This document shows positions 1-7,743 of a stretch of 12,087 nucleotides of DNA, piece after piece; within the stretch, counting starts at the first letter, position 1; each line of letters opens with the position of its first letter. Origin of the DNA: an uncultured archaeon (GTDB taxonomy: Archaea; Asgardarchaeota; Thorarchaeia; Thorarchaeales; Thorarchaeaceae); contig CAYYQL010000056.1 in the NCBI GenBank assembly GCA_964473825.1, positions 1-12,087 on the forward strand, given 5' to 3'. The notes below the pieces were generated by a model. It saw nothing but the letters and a program-made list of their open reading frames with translations. It searched no databases and was not told the origin of the DNA. The translations under genes were made by a program, and so were the position numbers.

Positions 1-56
1 CACCTGACAACCATCTCGAGGAGGTTGAGCAGGCCTTCATCTATTTCATCTGTCAT
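1..56 (-). CDS. vhuU: VhuU-like small peptide (separately encoded C-terminal segment of the [NiFe]-hydrogenase large subunit); 5' part only, runs off the window
   Basis: Not in the ORF track. ATG at 56-54 reads MTDEIDEGLLNLLEMVVR followed by a partial TG- codon. This matches the 'E/D-x-x-L-N-x-x-E-M-x-x-R-x-Y-D-P-C/U' helix that precedes the L2 motif in MvhA/VhuU. A GGTGA RBS overlaps the mvhA stop about 10 nt upstream. It is in a different frame from mvhA. Confidence 0.85.
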   Translation of the reverse strand, partial: MTDEIDEGLLNLLEMVVR

Positions 57-69
57 CTTGATTGTTCAC

Positions 70-1386
70 CTATGTCTTGACCATGGGTTCAGGTAGGTCT
101 AATTCCTTGTGTCCTTCCTTCTCGAAGATCAGTTTCGCAGCATCCATGAGACTCTTTTCAATGCCAGCGATGTTATTGTTTGTCGCCACGATGAGATTTG
201 CCTTCGTGATGATTCCCTCCTCATCGCACTCGTAGTTATGTAACAGCGTTCCACGAGGTGCCTCAACTATGCCAACACCCTCGCCTGCTTTTGGTTCCAC
301 ATCAGCGAGTTTGACGTCAGTGCTGACGATATCAGGGTCCTCTAGAAGCGTCTTGATCCATTCAGCAGCCTGAACCATCTCAACAACCCGGGCGTAATGG
401 TAGGCGAATGTGTGATGTGAGGGACGTCCAACGAGTTCACGCATCTCCTCCAGAGCCGCCTGAGCCAAAGGTGTCGCCATCTTATCGGCAACATTGCAGC
501 GAGCGAGAGTATTGGCCCTCCAGATCCCCTCGGGGTATCCGGCGGGTTTGTAGTAGATGTGCGTTGCATAGGAATGGTCAGGTATGTGTTCTCCGTAATA
601 GTCTGTGTAATCCTGCGGTTCAAAGTCTGCTACTATCTCACCGTCAGGGGCCATAACCCGAACGGTGCCGTCATATATATCCAAGACACCATCGTTTGTG
701 AGACCGATGTAGTATGTCGGAGTGACAGCTACCTTGGTGATTACATCAAGATAGTCATTCACGATTGTCTTGGCCAAATCAACGGTCTTGTTGATGTTCT
801 CAAGCATCTCCGGTACTTCGCCAAGCCAATGGTCACGTTCCTCCTCCTTGAGTGGAGTGAGCATTCCGCCGGGTATTGCTGTAGTGGGATGGATGGCTTT
901 TGCTCCGATTGTTCTACAGAGCTCCTGACCAAACTGCATCAGCTTGATTGCCTGGACTGCTACATCAGGCAAATGCTTCAGAACAGCTGCGACATTTCTA
1001 ACTGCCGGGTCTGCGAATGGGCCGAAGACGAAATCGGGGGCGGCGAGCGCGTAGAAATGTATCGCATGAGATGAGAGCTGTTTGGCCTCAATCAGAAGTC
1101 TTCTGAGCTTGATGGCTGCAGGGGGTGGTGTTATGTCCCAAGCATCCTCAACGGTCTTGACCGAAGCAAGGTGATGAGGAATGGGACAGATACCACAGAT
1201 TCTGGGCGCAATCCTGATGGCTTCTTCCATCGGTCGCCCTTCGAGGAACTTCTCAAAGAACCGAGTACTCTGCACATTGAACTGAACATCTTTCACCTTT
1301 CCATCAGTTCCCATCTTCAGCGTCAGTGCTCCGTGTCCCTCGAGACGTGTAACTGGGTCTATCTTGACAACTCTCTCATCGGTCAT
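70..1386 (-). CDS. mvhA: F420-non-reducing (group 3c) [NiFe]-hydrogenase large subunit, VhuA-type (no C-terminal DPCxxC motif)
   Basis: Has IDPVTRLEGH, RFFEKFLEGR, the L1 motif RICGICPIPHH, EAPRGTLLH and ANLIVAT. Ends ...LPEPMVKT with no L2 motif. ATGA overlap with mvhG. Confidence 0.95.
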   Translation of the reverse strand: MTDERVVKIDPVTRLEGHGALTLKMGTDGKVKDVQFNVQSTRFFEKFLEGRPMEEAIRIAPRICGICPIPHHLASVKTVEDAWDITPPPAAIKLRRLLIEAKQLSSHAIHFYALAAPDFVFGPFADPAVRNVAAVLKHLPDVAVQAIKLMQFGQELCRTIGAKAIHPTTAIPGGMLTPLKEEERDHWLGEVPEMLENINKTVDLAKTIVNDYLDVITKVAVTPTYYIGLTNDGVLDIYDGTVRVMAPDGEIVADFEPQDYTDYYGEHIPDHSYATHIYYKPAGYPEGIWRANTLARCNVADKMATPLAQAALEEMRELVGRPSHHTFAYHYARVVEMVQAAEWIKTLLEDPDIVSTDVKLADVEPKAGEGVGIVEAPRGTLLHNYECDEEGIITKANLIVATNNNIAGIEKSLMDAAKLIFEKEGHKELDLPEPMVKT

Positions 1387-2306
1387 TGTTGCTTAGCCTC
1401 CTCTCGTTTGATACGGATGTTTCCTAGATGACTCGTTGCGTATGTGAATCTCCAGAACAATCCAAGAGGATCCTTGACCGTCTGCGTGAGCTCAGCCGGT
1501 TCGAGTGGCGCGTAAGAACCAAGCATTCCTATCCCATTGGCACCCTGGTCCTGCATGATGGGCGGAGGAGGTCCGAAGCATCCACGACACGTTGCGCCCT
1601 TATTCACACATTGCCCCTCACAGAGGCCCCACGTGGCTGAGCCCATGCAGATGTACCCCTGCTCGAGAAGGCATCTATCTGGTTCGGCATTTCCATCAAA
1701 GGGACGCAGAATGTGAGGAATTGGAGTTTCCTGTTTGTCACGATCGCAATAATGACAGACTGTGTGTGGGTCCAGCTCTAGTTCCTTGCCTTGGATGAGT
1801 GACGTAAGAGCAGTATAAATCAAATCGGAAGTCGGAGGACAACCTGGCAGGTAGACGTCAAAGTCTACATACTGGTTGTTCGGCTTTATCACCGCAGCCA
1901 TGGGAGGAACGTTCTCAGTGGGTACTTTACCATTCTGGACAGTCTTGTTGTTTCTGAACTTGACATCATAGCATTCTTCGATATCAGAAAAGTTTGCAAG
2001 ACCGGGTATACCGCCGAAGCATGAGCAAGAACCGAAAGAGATCAGTGTCTTGCATTTCTCTCGCATCAGCTTGAGATTATGAATGTCCTCCTCTGTCCTT
2101 GCAGCTCCCTCATAAAGACCAACATCAATCGACTGGTCCGGATAACTCTCTAGGTGCTTGTGCTTGAAATCTGCAACCGCAGCCCAAAACTTGATGTCAA
2201 GGAGAGGCAAGACCTCTGCCAGACGCAGATGGATGTCAACAAGGCTCTGGAAGCAGCCCCAGCAAGAGGAACCTTGCATCAACGCTACTGAAACCTTGTC
2301 TGTCAC
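1383..2306 (-). CDS. mvhG: F420-non-reducing hydrogenase small Fe-S subunit G
   Basis: Has SCWGC, EGA, GSCSCFGGIPGLAN, LPGCPP, VCHYC, CLLEQGYICMG and CEGQC...CRGCFG. GTG start overlaps the stop of the upstream small ORF (GTGA), with GGAGG upstream. Confidence 0.95.
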   Translation of the reverse strand: MTDKVSVALMQGSSCWGCFQSLVDIHLRLAEVLPLLDIKFWAAVADFKHKHLESYPDQSIDVGLYEGAARTEEDIHNLKLMREKCKTLISFGSCSCFGGIPGLANFSDIEECYDVKFRNNKTVQNGKVPTENVPPMAAVIKPNNQYVDFDVYLPGCPPTSDLIYTALTSLIQGKELELDPHTVCHYCDRDKQETPIPHILRPFDGNAEPDRCLLEQGYICMGSATWGLCEGQCVNKGATCRGCFGPPPPIMQDQGANGIGMLGSYAPLEPAELTQTVKDPLGLFWRFTYATSHLGNIRIKREEAKQQ

Positions 2307-2545
2307 TCTTCTGATGCCTCCGAGAGCTTGTAGACCAACTGATCATCTTCCTCACCAGAAACCGCAACCTCATTCCATCGCATCATCGCTAAGAGGTTCC
2401 AGAGAATCAACTGAGTAGGAAACTCTGTAATCTCCGCAATGGCACTGATAGTCTTTGGTCCGCCTTCTAGAGCCTCGCTGATCGCCTTTCTTTGTTTCCG
2501 TATTTCTCCGCGTTTCTGATCAAAGTACTTCTGAAAGAGACTCAT
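2303..2545 (-). CDS. Small winged helix-turn-helix-like protein (~80 aa)
   Basis: AISEALEGGPKTISAIAEITEFPTQLILWNLLAMMRWNEV...VYKL fits a wHTH pattern. 4-nt overlaps with both mvhD and mvhG. ATG at 2545 lies 7 nt after GGAGG; the alternative ATG is at 2551. Confidence 0.8.
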   Translation of the reverse strand: MSLFQKYFDQKRGEIRKQRKAISEALEGGPKTISAIAEITEFPTQLILWNLLAMMRWNEVAVSGEEDDQLVYKLSEASEE

Positions 2546-2985
2546 TTCCATTCCTCCTGAATCGGTCCGACCTCTTTGACCTGTTCCACCAGCTTCTTGA
2601 CGCCATCGGCAAACACTTGGCCTTCCGATGCGCTAGCCCACTGTAACCTTATTCTCCGGGTGTCAACACCGGCCTGTTCTAAGGCTCGCTCCATCAGCGC
2701 CCATCTTGCCCTGAGCTTCAGATTGCCGCTTGTATAGTGACAATCTCCCGGATGACATCCCGAAACCAGAACACCATCAGCCCCCATATCCAAAGCCGCC
2801 AAGATGAATTCAGGGCTTATACGACCTGTACAGTTCACACGGACTATTCTTGCGTTGGGTGGGTACTGTATTCTACTGGTTCCAGCGAGGTCAGCGCCTG
2901 CATATGAACACCAGTTGCAGCAGTATGCTACGATGCGAGGTGTCCACTCGTGTTCAGATTGGGTCTTTGCCTTAGCTTGGGTCAA
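2542..2985 (-). CDS. mvhD: [2Fe-2S] subunit MvhD/FlpD (hydrogenase-to-HdrA adaptor), all-Cys form
   Basis: Has CCNWCSYAGADLAG, RVNCTGRI, GADGVLVSGCHPGDCHY and WASASEG. TTG start directly after the hdrA stop, with GGAGG upstream. Confidence 0.96.
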   Translation of the reverse strand: MTQAKAKTQSEHEWTPRIVAYCCNWCSYAGADLAGTSRIQYPPNARIVRVNCTGRISPEFILAALDMGADGVLVSGCHPGDCHYTSGNLKLRARWALMERALEQAGVDTRRIRLQWASASEGQVFADGVKKLVEQVKEVGPIQEEWK

Positions 2986-4761
2986 CTACGGACCTCCTTG
3001 TTCTACATCGCTTGGACACAGATACGCTTCGATCATCGCCATGATCTGATTATCTGTAGAATGGTACATGATGATTGCGTTGCTGGGACAAGCGGCAGCA
3101 CACGTACCGCATCCGTGACACTTCGCTTCCGTCACGAAGGCCACAGGGGGGTTGTGTTCCTCATCCATCGATATTGCACCGTATGGACAACCGGTGATAC
3201 ATGTGTGACATGCAGAGCAGAGATCAGAAACAACATGAGAAACAGTCGACTCGATCTCCACCTTTCCACGGGCCATTAGACCCACAGCCTTTGCCGCAGC
3301 GCCACTGGCATCAATGACTGATTCAGAGGCATTCTTTGCAGCCTGAGCCGCTCCAGCAATCATGACTCCTGCAGTGTGAGTTGTAAGCGGAGCCAGTTTG
3401 ATATGCTCTGGATTGAAGAACCCGTCACCGCTTCTGGTTAGGCTGAAGAGACTCGCAGTCTCCGTTACATCCTCAGGGGGAATCATAGCAGTTGCAAGTA
3501 CAATCATGTCGGCATCGAACTCAAGTCTGTCTCCTGATAAGACATCCTTCCAGATGACCCTGATATTCCCATCATCGTCAACATGGACCTTCGGTTTTTC
3601 TTCACGTGGGAACTTCGAGTAGATCACGTGCTTGCTCAATGCAAGTCTATGTATCTCTTCGTGACCTCGACCATAGGTCCGGATGTCCTGGTAGAGAATG
3701 AGTACTTGGTCAACTCGGTCTTTCAAGTCTGCGGATGCCTGTGCTACTGCAGAACAACAATGTCTCGAACAGTGCTCGTGTCCCTTCTTGCCGGGTTCCC
3801 TCGATCCAACGCATCCAACGAACGCTAGCTTCTTCACCAATCTTCCATCACTAGGACGTCTCAATTCTGCTTTTGGCGGAAGCTCTTGGAGTTGAGCCAG
3901 TGTGATTATGTTTTCTGATTGCTCATAGGCATAGTAGCCTTCTGGTTCAAACGGTCTAAATCCGGTGGCAACTACCACTGTGCCCACCTCGACCGTCTTC
4001 ATCTTGTCTGTCTTAAGGTTCTGTATCTTCACAGTGAAATTCCCGATGTATCCATCGAATTCAGCAACCTTGCTGCTGGTCATCACATCGATGAGTTTGT
4101 GTTTCTCAACATGCCTGATGAGTGGTGAGATGACCTGCGCTCCCGATTCGTCAGCAGGAAACAGATGAGTCCATTTCTTTACATGGCCACCCAGCTCAGG
4201 CTCCTTCTCCACAAGGACGGCCTCGAAGCCACGGTCAGCTATGTCCAGTGCAGCCCGCAAACCAGCGATGCCCCCGCCGACTACCAGAGCCCTCGGAGTG
4301 ACGTCAACTTCCTTGATCGGGAGGTACTCGAGTTCTCGAGCTCGTGCTACCGACATGCGAATCAAGTCCCAGGCCTTCTCAGTGGCGGCTTCTGGTTGTC
4401 GCATGTGACACCAGGATACGTGTTCTCTTAGATTCACCTGTTCGAAGAGGTAACGGTTGAGCCCTGCAGCTTCAACAACACGCCTGAACGTTGGTTCGTG
4501 CATCCGTGGGGAGCAGCTTGCAACAACGACCCGGTTGAGGTTCATCTCGTCTATCTTGTCCTTGATCAGCTGTTGTCCCGCATCGGCACACATGAACATC
4601 TCATGAGTGCTGAAGATAACTCCAGGCAGGCTCTTCGCCTTCTCTGCAACCTCTTCCACATCCACTACACCCGCAATATTGTGCCCGCAATGGCAGACAA
4701 ATACTCCAATGCGTGGTTCCGTCTTCTCTGTTGTCTTAACTTTCTCACTGGCTTCTGTCAA
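2986..4761 (-). CDS. hdrA: HdrA-family flavoprotein: N-terminal Fe-S domain + FAD domain + C-terminal 2[4Fe-4S] ferredoxin, no central ferredoxin insert
   Basis: Has RIGVFVCHCG, FMC, ASCSPRMHE, NLREHVSWCH, GGGIAG, CVGSR...HCSRHCC, CSACHTCITGCP and CHGCGTCAAACP. TTG start after GGAGG. Confidence 0.93.
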   Translation of the reverse strand: MTEASEKVKTTEKTEPRIGVFVCHCGHNIAGVVDVEEVAEKAKSLPGVIFSTHEMFMCADAGQQLIKDKIDEMNLNRVVVASCSPRMHEPTFRRVVEAAGLNRYLFEQVNLREHVSWCHMRQPEAATEKAWDLIRMSVARARELEYLPIKEVDVTPRALVVGGGIAGLRAALDIADRGFEAVLVEKEPELGGHVKKWTHLFPADESGAQVISPLIRHVEKHKLIDVMTSSKVAEFDGYIGNFTVKIQNLKTDKMKTVEVGTVVVATGFRPFEPEGYYAYEQSENIITLAQLQELPPKAELRRPSDGRLVKKLAFVGCVGSREPGKKGHEHCSRHCCSAVAQASADLKDRVDQVLILYQDIRTYGRGHEEIHRLALSKHVIYSKFPREEKPKVHVDDDGNIRVIWKDVLSGDRLEFDADMIVLATAMIPPEDVTETASLFSLTRSGDGFFNPEHIKLAPLTTHTAGVMIAGAAQAAKNASESVIDASGAAAKAVGLMARGKVEIESTVSHVVSDLCSACHTCITGCPYGAISMDEEHNPPVAFVTEAKCHGCGTCAAACPSNAIIMYHSTDNQIMAMIEAYLCPSDVEQGGP

Positions 4762-4766
4762 ATTGA

Positions 4767-6068
4767 CTAGCCTCCCTGAGCCAATATTATTGTGGCTTTC
4801 ATCGCAGCTGCACTGCCAGCTGTTACCGAGTCAGGAATGTCCTTGGGACCGTCTGCACAGCCGCATACAAAGATACCAGGCATCTTTGTATCGACAGGCC
4901 CGAAGTAATGGTGTGATACGTCTACGTAGCCGTCTTCACGAACAGACACCCCTAGCTTCTTCGTCATTGTAAGAAGGTCGTCAGGAGGAACGATACCGGG
5001 ACTCAGAACAACAAGGTCATGCTCAACATCCATAGGCTTCGCTGAAAGCGTATCCTCAACTTTTACCGCCAATCGGCCCTTCTTCGTTCTCGTGACTTCT
5101 GCAACCCGACCTCGTACGAAGTTGACACCGAAACGTGTACGGGCCATCTCGTAGAACTCCTCAAACCCCTTTCCAAAGGCACGGATGTCGGCGTAGTAAA
5201 TGTTTACCTCAGCATCTGGTAGGTGTTCCTTTGCCATCACGGCGTTCTTAATCCCGTACATACAACACACCCGTGAACAGTAGGGCACGCCTTTTGCAAC
5301 ATCTCTTGCTCCGACGCACTGGATAAATCCGATAGATTTTGGAATCTTACCATCGCTGAGTCGGATGAGATGTCCATGCGTTGGACCAGCAGCGTTTATC
5401 AGCCGCTCATATTCCATAGCGTCAATAACATCTGGAATCCTAGCGTAACCCAGACGAGGGTAGCGGCTCACATCAAACATCTCATAACCTGTTGCTAACA
5501 CGATCGCGCCGACCTTGAAATCTAGTCGTTCGTCCTGCATTTCCAGATCAATAGCGTCTCTTTCGCACTCGTTTATGCACCGCTTGCATCGTATGCAACT
5601 GTCCATGTCTATCGTGTACACATTTGGTGTAGCCTGTGGAAAGGGGGTATAGATTGCCTTTCTTATGCCGAGACCGCGGTCAAACTCATTCGGGACTTCA
5701 ACCGGACATACCGCAGTACAATCTCCACAACCAGCACATTTCTCTTCATCAACGTAGCGAGAGCGCTTGATTACAGTAACCCTGAAATCCCCAACCTTCC
5801 CTGAAACGGCCTCTAAATCCGCGTTCGTAATCAGCTCGATATTAGGATGGCGGGAGACCTCACTCAGTCGTGGTGTGAGTATGCATGCCGAACAGTCAAG
5901 AGTGGGAAATGTTTTGTCCAATTGAGCCATTCTACCGCCGATGGATGGTGACTTCTCAAGTAGATATACTTTGTATCCTTGATTTGCGATGTCTAGAGCT
6001 GCCTGCATTCCAGCAACTCCGCCTCCCACTACTAATGCGCTGTTATTGGGTTTCTCGTCTGACATCAT
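4767..6068 (-). CDS. hdrA: Short HdrA-family flavoprotein: FAD domain + central 2[4Fe-4S] ferredoxin, lacking N- and C-terminal Fe-S domains
   Basis: Has GGGVAG, GGRMAQLDKTFPTLDCSAC, CAGCGDCTAVCP, CIRCKRCINEC, EYERL, QCVGAR...YCSRVCCMYGIK and GPKDIPDSV. ATGA overlap with hdrB. Confidence 0.93.
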   Translation of the reverse strand: MMSDEKPNNSALVVGGGVAGMQAALDIANQGYKVYLLEKSPSIGGRMAQLDKTFPTLDCSACILTPRLSEVSRHPNIELITNADLEAVSGKVGDFRVTVIKRSRYVDEEKCAGCGDCTAVCPVEVPNEFDRGLGIRKAIYTPFPQATPNVYTIDMDSCIRCKRCINECERDAIDLEMQDERLDFKVGAIVLATGYEMFDVSRYPRLGYARIPDVIDAMEYERLINAAGPTHGHLIRLSDGKIPKSIGFIQCVGARDVAKGVPYCSRVCCMYGIKNAVMAKEHLPDAEVNIYYADIRAFGKGFEEFYEMARTRFGVNFVRGRVAEVTRTKKGRLAVKVEDTLSAKPMDVEHDLVVLSPGIVPPDDLLTMTKKLGVSVREDGYVDVSHHYFGPVDTKMPGIFVCGCADGPKDIPDSVTAGSAAAMKATIILAQGG

Positions 6069-6943
6069 CTAGCCTCCGCCATCGATGCGAAGATACCATC
6101 TGGAGGTATCTTGTTGAGATACGTTCCAAGACTGTCTGCGTCAATCCCAATGGCAGGTCCAAGAAACTGGGGAAGAGTAAGAACGGGAACTCTTTTCTGC
6201 GGCTCCATTCCTTCACCAAACTGAACTTGAGTAAGCTGAATATCACAGAACACACAGGCCGTGACCAAGCCCTGCACATCAGCATCCTGAAGGTTATTGA
6301 TTTTCTCCATTCCGATCTTGTTCGCAACGGACTCGTCAACTGCAAGCATCGGCCCACCACAGCATCTTGTCTTTCCAATATAGTCTACAGGTGTGGCACC
6401 AGCTATTCTGATGATCCGATCAATGATTGTTGGGTTCTCGGGGTCGTCAACCTGAACAATCTCATACGGCCTTGTTACGTGGCACCCATAGTGAGCCGCT
6501 AGCCTGATTCCATTGTAGGGTCGAACGATGGCCTCTTCAATTGCATTGTAGCCAATATCTTCCTGGAAGATTTGCAGGAGATGCTTGACACGAATGTTGC
6601 CAGTGTACTCTAGGCCTTCTTCCTTCAAGAGATCATTTACTTCTGCACGAAGATATCGGTCCGAGTCAAGTTCATGTTTTACTGTCTTCAATGATCCCGA
6701 GCAGGCACCACAGACCGCCAGTATATCCAGACCCTCTCGCTCTGCAAGTGCAAGAATCCGACCACTAAGTGCTGCAAATGCTGGCCTGCTTAGAGACTCA
6801 ACGTACTGAGCTCCACAGCAATTTGCATCCTTCATAGTAGTGAGTTCGATACCAAATTTCCCAAGAACAGCTCTCACGGATGCTTCGTATGCGGGAAGCC
6901 GTACGGGAGTCGTGCAACCAGTGTAAAGCATGAACTCTCTCAT
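6065..6943 (-). CDS. hdrB: Heterodisulfide reductase subunit B (two CCG domains)
   Basis: Has YTGC...CCG...CGAC and HYGCH...CCGG...ACVFC. TAATG overlap with hdrC. Confidence 0.96.
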   Translation of the reverse strand: MREFMLYTGCTTPVRLPAYEASVRAVLGKFGIELTTMKDANCCGAQYVESLSRPAFAALSGRILALAEREGLDILAVCGACSGSLKTVKHELDSDRYLRAEVNDLLKEEGLEYTGNIRVKHLLQIFQEDIGYNAIEEAIVRPYNGIRLAAHYGCHVTRPYEIVQVDDPENPTIIDRIIRIAGATPVDYIGKTRCCGGPMLAVDESVANKIGMEKINNLQDADVQGLVTACVFCDIQLTQVQFGEGMEPQKRVPVLTLPQFLGPAIGIDADSLGTYLNKIPPDGIFASMAEAR

Positions 6944-7464
6944 TACTCTACGTCCTCCTTGAAGTACTTCTCCTTCACTCTCTGAACGAAGTCGTGATTC
7001 CAGTTCAGCTCTGTGTCAAGGCCCAGGTCATCTCGGTCGTCTTCAACGAAGTCGCTGTATGCTTCCTTCAGCATCCAGCCGTCCTTTAGGACGATGCCTG
7101 TAGTACTCTTGAATACATTTGGAATCTTGCCTTCTCTTGATGCTATCTTTCTCACTGCACCAAAGATTTCGGGCAGACTCACACCTTCCTGACATCGCTC
7201 CTCACATAGCCGGCAGGTCATGCACAACCATGGTAGGTCGCTGTTCAACACTTCTTCGCGTTTTCCGAGGAGTATCTTCTGAATCAGTCGTCGGGGTCTG
7301 TATCGGTCGGTGTATTTGGCTACAAGACAGCTTGCAGTACACATACCGCACTGGATACATTTGGTGATATCCTCCCCGCCGGGTTCGCTGGATAACTCCT
7401 CAGAGAAATCTGAACTCGGATGATGCAAAGACGGTTGCTTCAGCTCACCTTTTGTTTCAACCAT
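6943..7464 (-). CDS. hdrC: Heterodisulfide reductase subunit C (2[4Fe-4S])
   Basis: Has CIQCGMCTASC, PRRLI and WLCMTCRLCEERC. Directly upstream of hdrB. Confidence 0.94.
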   Translation of the reverse strand: MVETKGELKQPSLHHPSSDFSEELSSEPGGEDITKCIQCGMCTASCLVAKYTDRYRPRRLIQKILLGKREEVLNSDLPWLCMTCRLCEERCQEGVSLPEIFGAVRKIASREGKIPNVFKSTTGIVLKDGWMLKEAYSDFVEDDRDDLGLDTELNWNHDFVQRVKEKYFKEDVE

Positions 7465-7469
7465 TCCGT

Positions 7470-7724
7470 TTACACGTCCTTCCGGTTTTCTAGGCTCCTT
7501 GCCATTGGTTCAAGCTGCTGGTTACAAACTTCAACAAAAAAGTATATGGTTGTGTCAAAATGTTTGTTGTTACGTGTGTCTTTGCAATCATGAGAACAGA
7601 ATTCGAATGCCCTTCTATGCTTCTGAAACCCTGAAGATTCCTCCAGTAGGCAATTCAGGGCATTCCCATGGGCACACAATTTACATTCCTCGCTACTTTC
7701 CTGCAGAAGGGTACCTAGCAACAT
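7470..7724 (-). CDS. Possible small Cys-rich protein (CxxC...FCSxxC); may instead be non-coding spacer
   Basis: 84-aa ORF that starts 19 nt after the upstream stop (AGGGGG before the ATG) and ends 5 nt before hdrC. CKLC and FCSHDC resemble TRASH/L24e-type Zn motifs. The 3' half is AT-rich and looks regulatory. Confidence 0.3.
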   Translation of the reverse strand: MLLGTLLQESSEECKLCAHGNALNCLLEESSGFQKHRRAFEFCSHDCKDTRNNKHFDTTIYFFVEVCNQQLEPMARSLENRKDV

Positions 7725-7743
7725 CGCGGTCTGGAACCCCCCT

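Noticed and set aside
57-72. TAG read-through (pyrrolysine) joining mvhA to the downstream peptide
   Set aside because: The peptide is in a different frame (ATG at 56, whereas the mvhA frame has codons starting at 57) and has its own RBS and ATG.
4762-4769. The 433-aa and 591-aa genes as one hdrA broken by a frameshift or nonsense mutation
   Set aside because: Each has its own FAD-binding domain, and the second has its own GGAGG and start codon. The N-terminal domain sits on the downstream gene, so joining them would not give canonical order. The 917-aa paralogue ends at the same point.
7629-7660. Hairpin containing CCCTGAA as an archaeal SECIS element
   Set aside because: The GAA is paired with TTC rather than bulged, no AUGA/GA kink-turn core is evident, and no adjacent gene has an in-frame TGA.
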